Below, piece by piece: positions 39,266 to 50,348 of a stretch of 64,000 bases of DNA (position 1 is the first letter of the stretch; each line of letters starts with the position of its first letter). Location of the stretch: NCBI GenBank assembly GCA_047150005.1, contig AP038806.1, forward strand, positions 832,001 to 896,000, written 5' to 3'. The notes beneath the pieces are model-generated. The model was given only the letters and a program-made list of their open reading frames with translations, did no database searches and had not been told where the DNA came from. Source of the DNA: Nitrospira sp. (lineage in GTDB: Bacteria > Nitrospirota > Nitrospiria > Nitrospirales > Nitrospiraceae). The translations under genes and the position numbers were made by a program.

Positions 39266-41947
39266 TCATTCGCCGCTCTGCTGGATGAGTTTTGCCACCA
39301 AGCCGGTCCATCCGGTCTGGTGACTGGCCCCGAGGCCGGTCCCGTTGTCGCCATGGAAGTACTCATAAAACAAGACATGGTCATGCCAGAACGGATCCTG
39401 TTGAAACAGGTCTGCCCCACCGAACACCGGACGCCTGCCAGCCGGATCCTTCAGGAAAATATGCGTGAGGCGGCGTGACAGTTCGGAGGCGACCTGCCAG
39501 AGAGTCGCCTGGTTGCCGGATCCTGTCGGATACTCCACTTTGAACTGATCGCCGAGGTAGTAGTGAAACTTCTGTAACGACTCGATCAGCAAGTAATTCA
39601 CCGGGAACCAGACCGGGCCTCGCCAGTTGGAGTTGCCGCCGAACAGATCAGTGCTCGATTCGGCCGGCTCATAGTCCACGCGATGCTCGTGCCCCATCAC
39701 GGTGAGGATATAGGGATGGTCTTTGTGGTAGCGCGATAGGGCGCGAATGCCGTACGGTGAAAGAAATTCCTTCTCGTCGAGCATGTAGCGCAGCACCGAT
39801 CGCAGGCGTTTCCGATGGACGAGCGACAGAAACCGCCGCACGCCGCTCTCCGTGGTCTCCGTTTCGAGGTGTTGCGAGAAATCCGGCCTGTTTTCAATAA
39901 ACCACTGCATACGATGCTTGAAGCGCGGCAGGCTGTCCACCAACTCCGAGTCCAGTGTTTCTACCGCAAACAAGGGAATGAGGCCCACCATCGACCTGAC
40001 TTTGAGGTGACGGGTTTCTCCGTTCGGCAGGTGCAAGACATCGTAGAAAAAGCCGTCCTCGCGATCCCATAGCTCGATCTTCTCGCCGCCGATATTGTTC
40101 ATGGCGCGGCAGATGTAGACAAAGTGCTCGAAGAACTTGCTGGCGACGTCTTCATAGGCGACGTTCTCACGCGCCAGCTCCAGGGCGATCGCGAGCATGT
40201 TCAGGCAGTACATCCCCATCCAACTCGTCGCATCGGATTGCTCGATGTGACCGCCGGTTGGAAGGGGCGCGCTCCGGTCAAACACGCCGATGTTGTCGAG
40301 CCCCAGAAAACCGCCTTGAAAGATGTTCTTGCCGTCGGTGTCTTTGCGGTTCACCCACCAGGTGAAATTCAGCAGGAGCTTGTGGAACACCCGCTCCAGA
40401 AACCGGCGATCGCCGACGCCCTTCCGCTTCTTGTCGATCTTGTAGACGCGCCAGGCCGCCCAGGCGTGCACCGGAGGATTGACGGCGCCGAAATCCCATT
40501 CGTAGGCCGGAATTTGCCCGTTGGGATGCATATACCATTCGCGCAACATCAGGACGAGCTGTTCTTTGGCGAATGCGGGGTCGACGAGCGAGAGCGGGAT
40601 GCAGTGGAACGCCAGATCCCACGCCGCATACCAGGGGTACTCCCATTTGTCCGGCATGGAGATCACGTCGGCGTTATAGAGATGGGTCCAGTCCGAGTTC
40701 CGGCCGTGGAGCCGCTCCCGCGACGGTTCCGGACCCATCGGATCGCCCTTGAGCCACCGGTTGACGTCGTAATAATAGAACTGCTTATTCCAGAGTAAGC
40801 CGGCAAATGCCCTTCGTTGGACGAGTCGCGCGTCGTCCGAAAGGCCGAGGGGCGCGAGGCTGTCGTAATACTCGTTGGCGTCCTGAATCCGTTGGGCGAA
40901 GACGGCATCGAAATTCTGCGCGGAGAATTCGGCGACGCGCGATTCATTTGTAAACCGCAAGCGGATAGAGGCGGTCGCGGCGGGCGCGATCGCGAGTGTG
41001 TAATGGGCTGCGGCCTTGGTTCCGACGCAGCCGGGGTTGACGGCTTCCTTCTCACCCCGCACCACATAGTCATGGAAACCGTCCTTGACGTATGGCCCGC
41101 ATTCTTCATCCCCAAAGAGCCGTCTCGTGTTGGTCTCGTTTTCCGTGAATAGGAGGGTCGGCCGGCCATCGCAGACAAGTCTCCGAAGCCCATAGTATTC
41201 GTGGTTGGTCTCGACCACGCTCATCTGACCAGTCGCCTCGCCCTGCACGAGACGCGGACGCCGCATATCCGACCCCCAGGACCAGGTGTTGCGATACCAC
41301 AGCGTGGGAAGCACGGTGAGCTCGGCCTGCTCCGGTCCCCGATTCACCACCTGGATGCGAATGCAGAGCTCTTCCGGACCGGCCTTGGCGTATTCGACGA
41401 AGACATCAAAGAACCGATGTTCTTCAAGCACGCCGGTGTCGATGAGCTTGAACTCCGGATTCAGCCGGCTTCGTCCACGATTTTCTTCGACCAGCCGGTC
41501 GTACGGAAATGCGGCTTGAGGATATCTGTAGAGGTACTTCATGTAGGAATGCGTCGGCGTCGAATCGAGATAGTAGTAGCATTCCTTCACATCCTCGCCG
41601 TGATTGCCTTCCTTTCCGCTCAGGCCGAACAGCCGTTCCTTTAGGATGGGATCTCGCCCGTTCCACAGGGCAATGGCGAAGCAAAGAAATTGGTGGCGGT
41701 CGCAGATACCGGCGAGGCCGTCTTCGTTCCAACGATAGGCGCGCGATCGGGCGTGGTCGTGAGGGAAGAATTCCCAGGCTGCGCCGTCGGGACTGTAGTC
41801 TTCGCGCACGGTCCCCCATGCTCGTTCGCTGAGATACGGCCCCCACCGTTTCCAGTGGCGCTGTCGTTGCGCGTCTTCGTCGAGACGCCGTTGTTCGGCG
41901 AGGAGCGAGGCGGGGGACGGAGGAACGGACCGGCGTTGAGCGGCCAT
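39266..41947 (-). CDS. GH63-like (MGH1-like) glucosidase
   Basis: [68 protein letters not shown]. Confidence 0.9.
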   Translation of the reverse strand: MAAQRRSVPPSPASLLAEQRRLDEDAQRQRHWKRWGPYLSERAWGTVREDYSPDGAAWEFFPHDHARSRAYRWNEDGLAGICDRHQFLCFAIALWNGRDPILKERLFGLSGKEGNHGEDVKECYYYLDSTPTHSYMKYLYRYPQAAFPYDRLVEENRGRSRLNPEFKLIDTGVLEEHRFFDVFVEYAKAGPEELCIRIQVVNRGPEQAELTVLPTLWYRNTWSWGSDMRRPRLVQGEATGQMSVVETNHEYYGLRRLVCDGRPTLLFTENETNTRRLFGDEECGPYVKDGFHDYVVRGEKEAVNPGCVGTKAAAHYTLAIAPAATASIRLRFTNESRVAEFSAQNFDAVFAQRIQDANEYYDSLAPLGLSDDARLVQRRAFAGLLWNKQFYYYDVNRWLKGDPMGPEPSRERLHGRNSDWTHLYNADVISMPDKWEYPWYAAWDLAFHCIPLSLVDPAFAKEQLVLMLREWYMHPNGQIPAYEWDFGAVNPPVHAWAAWRVYKIDKKRKGVGDRRFLERVFHKLLLNFTWWVNRKDTDGKNIFQGGFLGLDNIGVFDRSAPLPTGGHIEQSDATSWMGMYCLNMLAIALELARENVAYEDVASKFFEHFVYICRAMNNIGGEKIELWDREDGFFYDVLHLPNGETRHLKVRSMVGLIPLFAVETLDSELVDSLPRFKHRMQWFIENRPDFSQHLETETTESGVRRFLSLVHRKRLRSVLRYMLDEKEFLSPYGIRALSRYHKDHPYILTVMGHEHRVDYEPAESSTDLFGGNSNWRGPVWFPVNYLLIESLQKFHYYLGDQFKVEYPTGSGNQATLWQVASELSRRLTHIFLKDPAGRRPVFGGADLFQQDPFWHDHVLFYEYFHGDNGTGLGASHQTGWTGLVAKLIQQSGE

Positions 41948-42066
41948 GCAACTCCCTAGTGCAATCTAGTCAGAACCGGCGTGGAGGATCGCGGAACAGT
42001 TCGCCCCAGGCTAGCAGGCTGTCGGACAGAATTCCAGAGTGGAGCGGGTCAACAGCCTGACGCCAA

Positions 42067-42153
42067 TCATCCCTGACGTCGGTCGCAGCTCACGCAGGCG
42101 ATGGTGTTGTTCTTGGACAAACGGTTGTCGAAGAAAAGGAGATGGACAAGCGC
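42067..42153 (-). pseudogene. Remnant of a diheme cytochrome c peroxidase/MauG-family gene
   Basis: ALVHLLFFDNRLSKNNTIACVSCD resembles LG..LFFDxRLSxxxTISCASCH; the heme His is lost and a stop follows. Confidence 0.7.
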
Positions 42154-42179
42154 GGGGCAAGCCGCCCCGCGCGGTCCGG

Positions 42180-42539
42180 TCATTGGATCCGTCCGTGCGG
42201 TACCTGGCGACCGTAGTCGATCGCCAACTGATCGGCTTGTTCGGCCGCGGCCCAGAGTTGGCGGGCCTGCTCCCGTCGCCGGCTCGCCTCTTGATCGCCC
42301 ACACCGAACTGGGATTCGTACCACTGCGCCTCCCATTCGGCGCGGCTAGCCAGATCGCGAAGGTCCGCGGCCTGTCTCCGGTATTGCACCGTCAACTGTC
42401 GAGCTTGATCCTGTGAAGCAAATCGCGGACTGACCGGCTGGCCGGAGACCGAGGACGTATCGGTCATCTCGCCGGCGCAACCGGCCAGAAGCATCATGGC
42501 TGCGAGCAACCCGGCATGGACTGTCTGTGTGGTATTCAT
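42180..42539 (-). CDS. Small helical lipoprotein divergent from oxyR
   Basis: AGGAG RBS; lipobox LLAGC. Confidence 0.75.
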   Translation of the reverse strand: MNTTQTVHAGLLAAMMLLAGCAGEMTDTSSVSGQPVSPRFASQDQARQLTVQYRRQAADLRDLASRAEWEAQWYESQFGVGDQEASRRREQARQLWAAAEQADQLAIDYGRQVPHGRIQ

Positions 42540-42624
42540 CGTAGCAACTCCTCTCTCCTGCGCCGGACTTCTTCGATCCGGTGTTCGTGCAGGCGACCCT
42601 AACGATACGCACCGCCACACGATT

Positions 42625-42670
42625 GGTCCAATTGATTATCAATGAATCACTGATTTATATTATTTATCGT
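42625..42670. promoter_or_regulatory. AT-rich putative LysR/OxyR operator in divergent promoter
   Basis: Very AT-rich stretch with palindrome ATTGAT-T-ATCAAT just upstream of oxyR; imperfect match to the OxyR consensus. Confidence 0.45.
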
Positions 42671-42683
42671 ACTGGAATCGACG

Positions 42684-43601
42684 ATGACACTGACGGAGCT
42701 GAAATATCTGGTCGCGGTGGCTCAGGAACGCCACTTTGGGCGGGCGGCGGAATGCTGCTTCATCAGCCAGCCGGCCCTGAGTCTGGCCATCCGGAAGCTC
42801 GAAGAACATCTCGGCACACCGATTTTTGAGCGGCGCAAGAACCAAATCACGTTGACGCCTATAGGAGAGAAAATCGTGCAGCAGGCGCAGCGGGTATTGG
42901 AAGAAGCGGAGCAGATCAATCTGATCGTGGCGGGCGGGAAGGACCAGCTCGTCGGCGCGTTCAAGCTGGGCGTGATCGCAACGGTCGGCCCGTATGTGCT
43001 TCCGGATCTGATTCCCCTCCTGCACAAGCGGGCACCCAAGATGCCGCTGGTGATCGAGGAAAACTTGACGGCGAACCTGAACCGTATGCTGGTCCAGGGC
43101 CAGCTCGACGCGATTATTGTCGCCCTGCCGCATGAGGAGTCCGGCATTCTCACAAAGCCGCTCTACGAAGAGCCCTTCAAGGTCGTCGTCCCGATAACGC
43201 ACGCGTGGGCAAGAAAGAAGCGCATCGACGCGGACGACCTGGCGGAGGAAAAAGTGATACTGCCTCACGCGGGCCATTGCTTCCGCCGTCAGGTACTCGA
43301 CCATTGTCCCGATATCAGCCGGTCGGATCGGGAAGGCGTGCAGGGCAACTCTCTTGAAACCATCAGGCAGATGGTGGCCTCGGGCCTTGGCATCACGGTG
43401 CTCCCCTGTAGTGCCCTCTCGCAAAGACATGAGCACAAGCGGCTTGCCGCGATTGCGTTTGCCGAGCCGGTGCCGGAACGGCAGATCGGGCTGGCGTGGC
43501 GGAAGGGGTTTGCGCGACCGGCCACGCTGGACGTGATCGAGGATGCGGTGGGCGAGCTGAAACTTCCCGGGTTGACGATGCAGAAGGGAAACAGAACGTA
43601 A
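42684..43601 (+). CDS. oxyR: H2O2-sensing LysR regulator OxyR
   Basis: MTLTELKYLVAVAQERHFGRAA; GHCFRRQVLDHC with both redox Cys; SLETIRQMVASGLG. Confidence 0.92.
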   Translation: MTLTELKYLVAVAQERHFGRAAECCFISQPALSLAIRKLEEHLGTPIFERRKNQITLTPIGEKIVQQAQRVLEEAEQINLIVAGGKDQLVGAFKLGVIATVGPYVLPDLIPLLHKRAPKMPLVIEENLTANLNRMLVQGQLDAIIVALPHEESGILTKPLYEEPFKVVVPITHAWARKKRIDADDLAEEKVILPHAGHCFRRQVLDHCPDISRSDREGVQGNSLETIRQMVASGLGITVLPCSALSQRHEHKRLAAIAFAEPVPERQIGLAWRKGFARPATLDVIEDAVGELKLPGLTMQKGNRT

Positions 43602-43767
43602 CGTAAGGGGTTCCCTCAGGCCTTGGACCGACGGATATCCGTATTATTGCTCTGAGACAATTGACAGTTTGGGCGTTGCTTTTTGGTCGAACCAAGAGGA
43701 CAATTCGACGACTTACCGACAGGCCGAACCGGAGTCGGGCAACGCGGTGTACGCAAAGAAAGAAGTT

Positions 43768-45690
43768 ATGCTTCAGTGGTGCCCACAAATTCTGAAGCAG
43801 TTCCGTCCTCACATGCTGTTGTTCCTTCTTCTCCTCTCACCCCCTGCAAGTGCCGGGATCACAGTCGACGGCCGTGATGCGGCAGACTACGTCTCGGAGC
43901 AATCGGGGCAAGCCTGGGCCGTCGTCATCGGCATAGACGAGTACCAATATGCTCCGAAGTTGAGATATGCCGTGTCCGATGCCAGTGAGGTCGCGCGCGT
44001 GCTGGATGAGCAGGGCTTCCAGACCACCGTGTTGTTCGACCATCAGGCCACCCGCCGCGCCATCGTCGGGGAGCTGGGCGGCAAGCTCGTGAAGAAGGTG
44101 TCCCCTCGCGATCGGATCCTCATCTACTATGCCGGGCACGGGGTCGAGCAGAAGGTCGAAGGCGGGAAAGTGATGGGCTATCTCCTTCCGGTGGATGGGG
44201 AGATGGACGACTTCGCCGGAACCAGCATCAGCATGGGGCTGATCAAAGAGTTGGCCGATGCGCTGCCCTCGAAGCACGTCTTATTTGTGGTCGATTCCTG
44301 CTACGGAGGGATAGCGGGACAATCGTTCCGAAGCGCAAACTTGTCGAAAGCCACCGAAGACTATGTTCGGTTGATTACCCGAGAGCGGGGGCGGCAGGTC
44401 ATCACGGCAGGAGGCGCGGATCAGGAGGCCTTGGAATCTCCTGAATGGGGCCACAGCGTGTTCACCCACTACTTCTTGAATGGCCTCGAAGAGGGGTTGG
44501 CGGATCTCAACAACGACGGCATCATCCCCACCTCCGAGCTCTACACGTATCTGGACAGCAGAGTCTACGCCGCGGCACAGCTGAAGGGACACACGCAGAG
44601 GCCTGAATTGTGGTCCCTGGCGGCGGAGAAGGGCGAGTTTGTGTTCACGTACAGAAACAAGGCGCCCCGCCTTGCCGGTGAAGTCACAGCCGGAGCAAAG
44701 CAGTCACCCCGGCAGGCAGAGAAGTACGGCCAGCCCGCCAAGCCGACAAGCATGGATCAGGACTCCAGGACGGGCGGCGGACAGTACGCTATGAGACCGA
44801 AAGTGACCCAATCGACAACCAAGAGTGCTGGCTCCGCATCCACCGGCGCCTCGGATGTCCGTACTCTCGATCACGATCCTGCCGGCTGCACCTGGGTCGG
44901 CTCAACCGCACGGGTCCAGTTCGGCGAACACAGCACGAGACATCAGGCCCAGGCACAAGCTGTCTCTGAAGCGAGGGCGAAAGCCATGCGCCATTTTCTC
45001 GGCATCAAGGTGCAGAACAGTTTTGTGGATTTCATGCAGACAAACGATCTCAAGAGTCAGGCAACGTTGACTCACCAACTGTTGAGAATGACTCAGGAAG
45101 GGCACATCCTCAAAGAGGAGATCCTGTCATCGCGCGTGGAACACGGAGCCGCGTGCCAGAGTTGCGAATATGAAGTCACGCTGAAGGACTGCATTCTCCC
45201 GTCCAACAACCGCGGCGACCGAGACTTCAGGGTCTCGCTCGCCATGAACCGGAGTACATTTCGCGACGGGGACGAAGGCATGCTCTATATCAGTGCGACC
45301 AAAGATGCCTACGTCCACATCTACAGTATTGATGTAGACCAGAACGCGGTTCTCCTGTTTCCCAATCAGTACGCGAAGGACAACCTCATCCGCTCCGAGC
45401 GGCAATTCATCTTCCCGAGCGAAGACCTGCGCCAAAAGGGCATGAAACTGAAGGCCAGGCTTCCGGCGGGAGCATCAAGCTCCGCCGAGATGATCAGAGT
45501 CATCGCAACAAGTACCCCTGTGCCTCTGGCGCTCCTCGATCCAAATCAGGAAGGCCGAAGCGATCCTGATTCGCCAGTCGCGAAAGATCTCCAAGGGCAC
45601 GGGACCTATTTTCATCTCGTTGCAAACCTGCATCGTGCAAACGTGTCGTGGGTGGAAGACGGTCAGGCCTTCACGATCCATGAGAACTGA
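43768..45690 (+). CDS. Exported caspase-family (C14) protease with C-terminal DUF4384-like domain
   Basis: Signal LLFLLLLSPPASA; AVVIGIDEY, YYAGHG, VDSCYGG, HSVFTHY; C-terminal AYVHIYSID...VLLFPN. Confidence 0.88.
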   Translation: MLQWCPQILKQFRPHMLLFLLLLSPPASAGITVDGRDAADYVSEQSGQAWAVVIGIDEYQYAPKLRYAVSDASEVARVLDEQGFQTTVLFDHQATRRAIVGELGGKLVKKVSPRDRILIYYAGHGVEQKVEGGKVMGYLLPVDGEMDDFAGTSISMGLIKELADALPSKHVLFVVDSCYGGIAGQSFRSANLSKATEDYVRLITRERGRQVITAGGADQEALESPEWGHSVFTHYFLNGLEEGLADLNNDGIIPTSELYTYLDSRVYAAAQLKGHTQRPELWSLAAEKGEFVFTYRNKAPRLAGEVTAGAKQSPRQAEKYGQPAKPTSMDQDSRTGGGQYAMRPKVTQSTTKSAGSASTGASDVRTLDHDPAGCTWVGSTARVQFGEHSTRHQAQAQAVSEARAKAMRHFLGIKVQNSFVDFMQTNDLKSQATLTHQLLRMTQEGHILKEEILSSRVEHGAACQSCEYEVTLKDCILPSNNRGDRDFRVSLAMNRSTFRDGDEGMLYISATKDAYVHIYSIDVDQNAVLLFPNQYAKDNLIRSERQFIFPSEDLRQKGMKLKARLPAGASSSAEMIRVIATSTPVPLALLDPNQEGRSDPDSPVAKDLQGHGTYFHLVANLHRANVSWVEDGQAFTIHEN

Positions 45691-45766
45691 TGAGTTTCGG
45701 CAGGAGGATGGCATGGGGAGCAATGACCATTCCTGTCGAGCAACCCATGTGGAGGAAGGATTCGCC

Positions 45767-47299
45767 ATGGACGTGTACCGGAGAGGAAGGATCTGGATCG
45801 TCTTTGCGGTCCTGATTCTGGCGACCAGCATGCCGTCCTGTGCCCCGACCAAACTTCCGTTGAACACCTCCGTCCCCGCGATGAAGCTGAAGAAGTTTCC
45901 AGCCAGCGCCGCAGTGGTAATTCCGGAGACGGTGCGGAATGGCGTCTCCACTCATGACGTGTCTTGCGCCGGCAACTATGAGATTCCTATCGGAGCGGAA
46001 TTGGAAACCGGGATCGCCGAGGCCTTGTCCCCGATCTTTGACAGCGTCGATGTGGTCAACGATAAGGGGCTGGCCGTCGGTCACTACGACGTCGTCGTCG
46101 AGCCCAAGCCGCTGCAACTCACGACGGACGGACATTGCCTGTCCAGAAGATTCCTGTACCTTCTCGGACCCTTCTATATCTTCACCAACCCGACCGACAG
46201 TTTTGAGGCAACGGCCGAAGTGCCGGTGACGGTGATGGACCGGCAGGGTCAAGCGATCCTCGCAGAGACGTTCAAGTCGAAGCTCCATAACAAGGACGCG
46301 CTGTTTCAGACTGCAGCCGACAAAGACAGCGCCGTGACGATCGTGTTACGGGAAGCCGTGATCGACGCTCTCCAGCAGATGGGCCGGGGGCTCGCGAACT
46401 CGCCGCAGATGGTCTCCTATGCCCGGAACATTCCCAAGAAACCGGCCGATCGAACCCAGGTCTCGGTGGCCCGCGCGGAACGATCGAGCGACGTTGACAT
46501 CCTCCCTCAAGTGGCGGTTAAGCCTCAGAAGACACGCTACGCCGTCATCATCGGCATCGAGCAATATCGCCAGAGCCTGCCGGTGGTGGAATTTGCGTCA
46601 CACGATGCGTACATCATGAGGGAATATCTCACGAAGACGCTCGGCTACCCGGATGAGAATGTCGTGCTGGTCGTCAATGAGCGGGCGGCGAAAAGCGATT
46701 TGGAAAAGTACATCGAACGCTGGCTTCCCAACCGGGTCGAGAAGGACAGCAGCGTGTTGATCTACTATTCCGGCCATGGGGCCCCGAATCCCACCACTCA
46801 GGAGGGATTCCTCGTTCCCTATGACGGTGACCCCACATTTCTGGAAATCACAGGGTACCCGCTGAAGCGGTTGTATGAGCAATTGGCCAAACTACCGGCT
46901 CGAGAGATCCTGGTCGTGCTCGATTCCTGCTTCTCCGGCTCCGGAGGGCGATCGGTCATTGCAAAGGGAGCCAGGCCGCTCGTGATCAGCATGGAGAATC
47001 CGGTCTTGGCCGGCGACAAGCTGGTGGTCATGACGGCGAGTTCAGCGTCGCAGATTTCCAGCACCTATGATCAGAAGAACCACGGGTTGTTCACATATTT
47101 CTTCCTCAAGGGACTGCAAGGCGCGGCGGATGCGAACAAGGATGGAGCGATCGACCTCGATGAATTGTATGGTTATGTGAAGCCGCAGGTGGCAGGAGTG
47201 GCGAGGCGAGAATTCAACAACGACCAAGTTCCTCAGTTGATCGCAAACCCAGAGGTGCTCAAGAGAGGTATGGACCTGCTACGCCGAGCGAATCCCTAA
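45767..47299 (+). CDS. Lipoprotein with C-terminal caspase-family (C14) domain
   Basis: Lipobox-like SMPSC; SDVD motif; AVIIGIEQY, YYSGHG, LDSCFSG, HGLFTYF. Confidence 0.88.
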   Translation: MDVYRRGRIWIVFAVLILATSMPSCAPTKLPLNTSVPAMKLKKFPASAAVVIPETVRNGVSTHDVSCAGNYEIPIGAELETGIAEALSPIFDSVDVVNDKGLAVGHYDVVVEPKPLQLTTDGHCLSRRFLYLLGPFYIFTNPTDSFEATAEVPVTVMDRQGQAILAETFKSKLHNKDALFQTAADKDSAVTIVLREAVIDALQQMGRGLANSPQMVSYARNIPKKPADRTQVSVARAERSSDVDILPQVAVKPQKTRYAVIIGIEQYRQSLPVVEFASHDAYIMREYLTKTLGYPDENVVLVVNERAAKSDLEKYIERWLPNRVEKDSSVLIYYSGHGAPNPTTQEGFLVPYDGDPTFLEITGYPLKRLYEQLAKLPAREILVVLDSCFSGSGGRSVIAKGARPLVISMENPVLAGDKLVVMTASSASQISSTYDQKNHGLFTYFFLKGLQGAADANKDGAIDLDELYGYVKPQVAGVARREFNNDQVPQLIANPEVLKRGMDLLRRANP

Positions 47300-47338
47300 G
47301 GGTGTGCTGCCGAAGCCAGCCACGCAGCACGGCGGCTT

Positions 47339-48955
47339 CTACGGCACCACGAGACCGTCGGGAAGGCCTTTCGGTCCGCGTACGGAAATGCGATCGACCT
47401 TGTAGGAGTGCCAATTGAATCCTGCATTCACCCACACGCGAATTGAGAAGTACGGCTGGGAGCTTCCAATTCGCTTCTCTTGCAGATAGCTGCCGCCGCC
47501 GCTCCCGCTACTCAGCGGCCAATAGTACACTTCATCCAAGACCCACCCGTTCTTCAATCTGGTATTCACATAATATTCATTCGTGCCCTGCTTCCCTTGA
47601 AAGAGATCACTGCCGACCTGTGCGATATGGGACGACCAGGCGAATGACGGCTCCACCTGGTACACGTGATCCGAGACGTAGGGAGGGATCTTATAGTCGC
47701 GAATCTCTTGCATCGGCTCAAACCGAAACGGGGCCAGGTTGCTGGTCACAGTCTCTCCGGCCCGCTTAATGTAGACCGTTCCGCTGAAGCCCATGACGCC
47801 CGTCGCGTCAGGCACGGTTGCGAAGATCTGATTGTCGGTCCAGACAAGGCCCGGCGGCGCCTGAAGGTCCTTGCCTGGGGCAATGACGAAATGGACCTCA
47901 CCTCCAGCAGTCCCAAAGTTGCTGCCATTGATGAACAGCGGATCGCCGGGCTGACCCTGTCCTACGCTCAACGATGCGATGACGGGATTCGGCTGTAAGG
48001 TCATCCCGCCATAGGCCCGCAATCTGAGACCGCCGCGGCTGCTGATATCGTCCGTCCCTTCGCCTGCTGCAACGCCTTCCTCAGGGGTCTGTGGAACGTC
48101 ACTTTCAAGACCTCTCGGTTGCACCTGATCGCCCGCCGTCGAACCAACCGATGCCCCTCCGCCTTTTGTCCAGGCGGGGGACTGCCCTCCTGGGCTTCCG
48201 CCCATTCGACTCCGCAATTGATCAAGCTGAGGTTGGATCTGCGCCAACTGATTCGCGCGCGCCTGCTGCTGTTGCTGTTCGAAGTGAGCCTTACGTTGCA
48301 GGAACGCCTGTTCCAGTTGCGCGCCGATCTGTGAAGCAGCCTGCTGTTCTTGGCTCTGTCGAGCTGCGGCGCCCTGTTGCAAGGTCTGTTGCTGAGCGGC
48401 AATGGCGGATTGTACCTGCGCCTGGTTCACCGGCGGGTGCTGCACGTTGATGGTTCCCGATGCGCGGCCACCTTGCTGGGGCGGCATTGGCTGAGCGAGA
48501 CGAATCTGAATTGACCAGAAGGGGCTGCGCTGCACGTCTTGGGCAGTCGCGCTATAATTCATGCGCAACGCCCCCGTCGCTGGCTGCGTCGCTGGCTGGC
48601 CCCCGGGCGGGAGCAGCGTGACCAAAAGCGGGGCACCTTGCGCCTGAATGTCGAGCGCAATCGGCCCCGGTTGGGTGACCGCGAAGCCGAATGAGGCCGC
48701 TTCTGGTCCCTGCACCTCGAACTTTTGAGGAAATTTTGGAGCCTGCACGTTCGCTTGGCTTGCCCCTCCGGGCTGTACTGGAACTCCCTGCTTCACCTGT
48801 CGCTGCATCTGGCCGACCCCACGGCTTTCGACACCACCTTCTGCTGTCGTGGCGACATTCTCAGTCGATGAGCAGGCGGTCAAGACACCGACCATTGTGA
48901 CCAGTCCGCAGATCCATGCCGCGCCTCCGAGTTCACGATGACTTGAGCGTTCCAT
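47339..48955 (-). CDS. Lipoprotein, RG-motif paralogue A (beta domain, Gln coiled coil, IPT/TIG-like domain, variable C-terminus)
   Basis: Lipobox LTAC; homologous to 52826 and 56615 (PQKFEV, VTQPGP, QAQGAP, GQPGD, LKN.W, GPKG). Confidence 0.8.
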   Translation of the reverse strand: MERSSHRELGGAAWICGLVTMVGVLTACSSTENVATTAEGGVESRGVGQMQRQVKQGVPVQPGGASQANVQAPKFPQKFEVQGPEAASFGFAVTQPGPIALDIQAQGAPLLVTLLPPGGQPATQPATGALRMNYSATAQDVQRSPFWSIQIRLAQPMPPQQGGRASGTINVQHPPVNQAQVQSAIAAQQQTLQQGAAARQSQEQQAASQIGAQLEQAFLQRKAHFEQQQQQARANQLAQIQPQLDQLRSRMGGSPGGQSPAWTKGGGASVGSTAGDQVQPRGLESDVPQTPEEGVAAGEGTDDISSRGGLRLRAYGGMTLQPNPVIASLSVGQGQPGDPLFINGSNFGTAGGEVHFVIAPGKDLQAPPGLVWTDNQIFATVPDATGVMGFSGTVYIKRAGETVTSNLAPFRFEPMQEIRDYKIPPYVSDHVYQVEPSFAWSSHIAQVGSDLFQGKQGTNEYYVNTRLKNGWVLDEVYYWPLSSGSGGGSYLQEKRIGSSQPYFSIRVWVNAGFNWHSYKVDRISVRGPKGLPDGLVVP

Positions 48956-49071
48956 CAGCCTCCTCCTTCTAGTCGTCTGATCTTTTCAACTCGCCAGCCT
49001 GCTGCCTGCCGAACAGATCCCGACAGATCAGGCATTTCCCGGGCCGTCCCCGCAAGCCCTTTCGCCTCGCG

Positions 49072-49371
49072 TTATCGCGTCGGAGGAATCGGCTTCATGC
49101 CCGGCGCCACTAAGTCCTTCTGCTGGACAGATGGAAGTTTTTGTTGCGGCGCGTCAATCCGTTTCTGCGCCGGATCGAATTTCTGCTGCGTAGCATCCGG
49201 TTTCATCCGGTCTCCGGACTGGCGCATTCCCTCCGGCGGCATCGGCGACGGGGACGACGAGGCCAACGCCGTCTGCACGTCGACGCCGACCGATGCACCC
49301 AACAGGGCAAATGCGACCGTCATTGCCAGTCTATTCGCACGTCCGACCTCATTGTTGTTGGATTGTCCCAC
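49072..49371 (-). CDS. Small exported protein with QQK repeats
   Basis: AAGGAGG RBS plus GTG right after the YkgJ gene; hydrophobic leader ending ALA; DATQQK, DPAQK, DAPQQK, PSVQQK. Confidence 0.7.
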   Translation of the reverse strand: MGQSNNNEVGRANRLAMTVAFALLGASVGVDVQTALASSSPSPMPPEGMRQSGDRMKPDATQQKFDPAQKRIDAPQQKLPSVQQKDLVAPGMKPIPPTR

Positions 49372-49394
49372 GGGCGTCCCTCCTTGATGAATGT

Positions 49395-50162
49395 TTACAG
49401 TTTGTCCAGCCGCTCCGTCACGGCCCGGATGTGGAGACGCATCCGCTCCGCCGCGTCGTCGGGCACGGTCATTCCTCGTTCAAGGCAATACTGTGTCAGA
49501 ACAGGATCCATGTCCGTCCAATCCTGCAGGGGCGCGTCGTTCCATTGATCGACGCCTTCGGCCACCTGATTCAGATCGGCCAGCAGGTCGTGGTCATTCG
49601 CCGCCACGCCGCGCAGTTTGACGGCCATGCGCCCGACCAACTCGACGTAACGATCGACGGCCTCGATGAACGGCTGCGCGCCTTGCGTCGTCAGGAAATC
49701 TTGAACCGTTCCTCCTCGACCGTACTCTCCCTCGGTCCGCGGATGGGGCGTCAGTTCGTGGAACGTTTCCCCTCCCTCGGCCGTCACGCGTCGCCCTAAT
49801 GGATAGAGCCGGCAGACCAATGGACGGTCCTCGTGCACGCCGCAGCCTTGATGAGTCAGAAATACGCAGGCGCCTTGATCCGTTCGTTTCAGAATCGTCC
49901 CGTTCGCCTCCGTATAGGTCGCCAGAAACTCTGTCGTGCTGATGCCACGGTTCTGCGCCAGTCGCGCGACCTCATAGGGATTCACCTGAATGGCCTTATC
50001 ATGACAGCAGCGGCGGCAGGCATGACAAGTGTAGGAGAACGCTGATGCCCGTGTGTAACGTCCATCAATCGAGCGCACCACGGGACGCATGGAACCAGCT
50101 TGCTCATTCTCAGAATTCATCTTCTTGATCGACCGATGGGTTGCGATCTGCTGTGGCGTCAT
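49395..50162 (-). CDS. YkgJ/FliB-family cysteine-cluster protein
   Basis: CHACRRCC...CVFL...GCGVHEDRPLVCRLYP. Confidence 0.88.
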   Translation of the reverse strand: MTPQQIATHRSIKKMNSENEQAGSMRPVVRSIDGRYTRASAFSYTCHACRRCCHDKAIQVNPYEVARLAQNRGISTTEFLATYTEANGTILKRTDQGACVFLTHQGCGVHEDRPLVCRLYPLGRRVTAEGGETFHELTPHPRTEGEYGRGGTVQDFLTTQGAQPFIEAVDRYVELVGRMAVKLRGVAANDHDLLADLNQVAEGVDQWNDAPLQDWTDMDPVLTQYCLERGMTVPDDAAERMRLHIRAVTERLDKL

Positions 50163-50348
50163 GGTCGCTGCGGCCTAATCGAGAATTCTACCCTTCGATC
50201 GGTTCCTTTTTGGGCCTACTTCTTCAGTCTGATTCGCGCTATCCTTGTCTCCACACGTCCATGCGATTGAACGACCTTCAGCATGCCGACGACACAGAAG
50301 CAGAGAGACACACCGTCATGTGACATCTACATCGCAAGGAGGTTTGCA

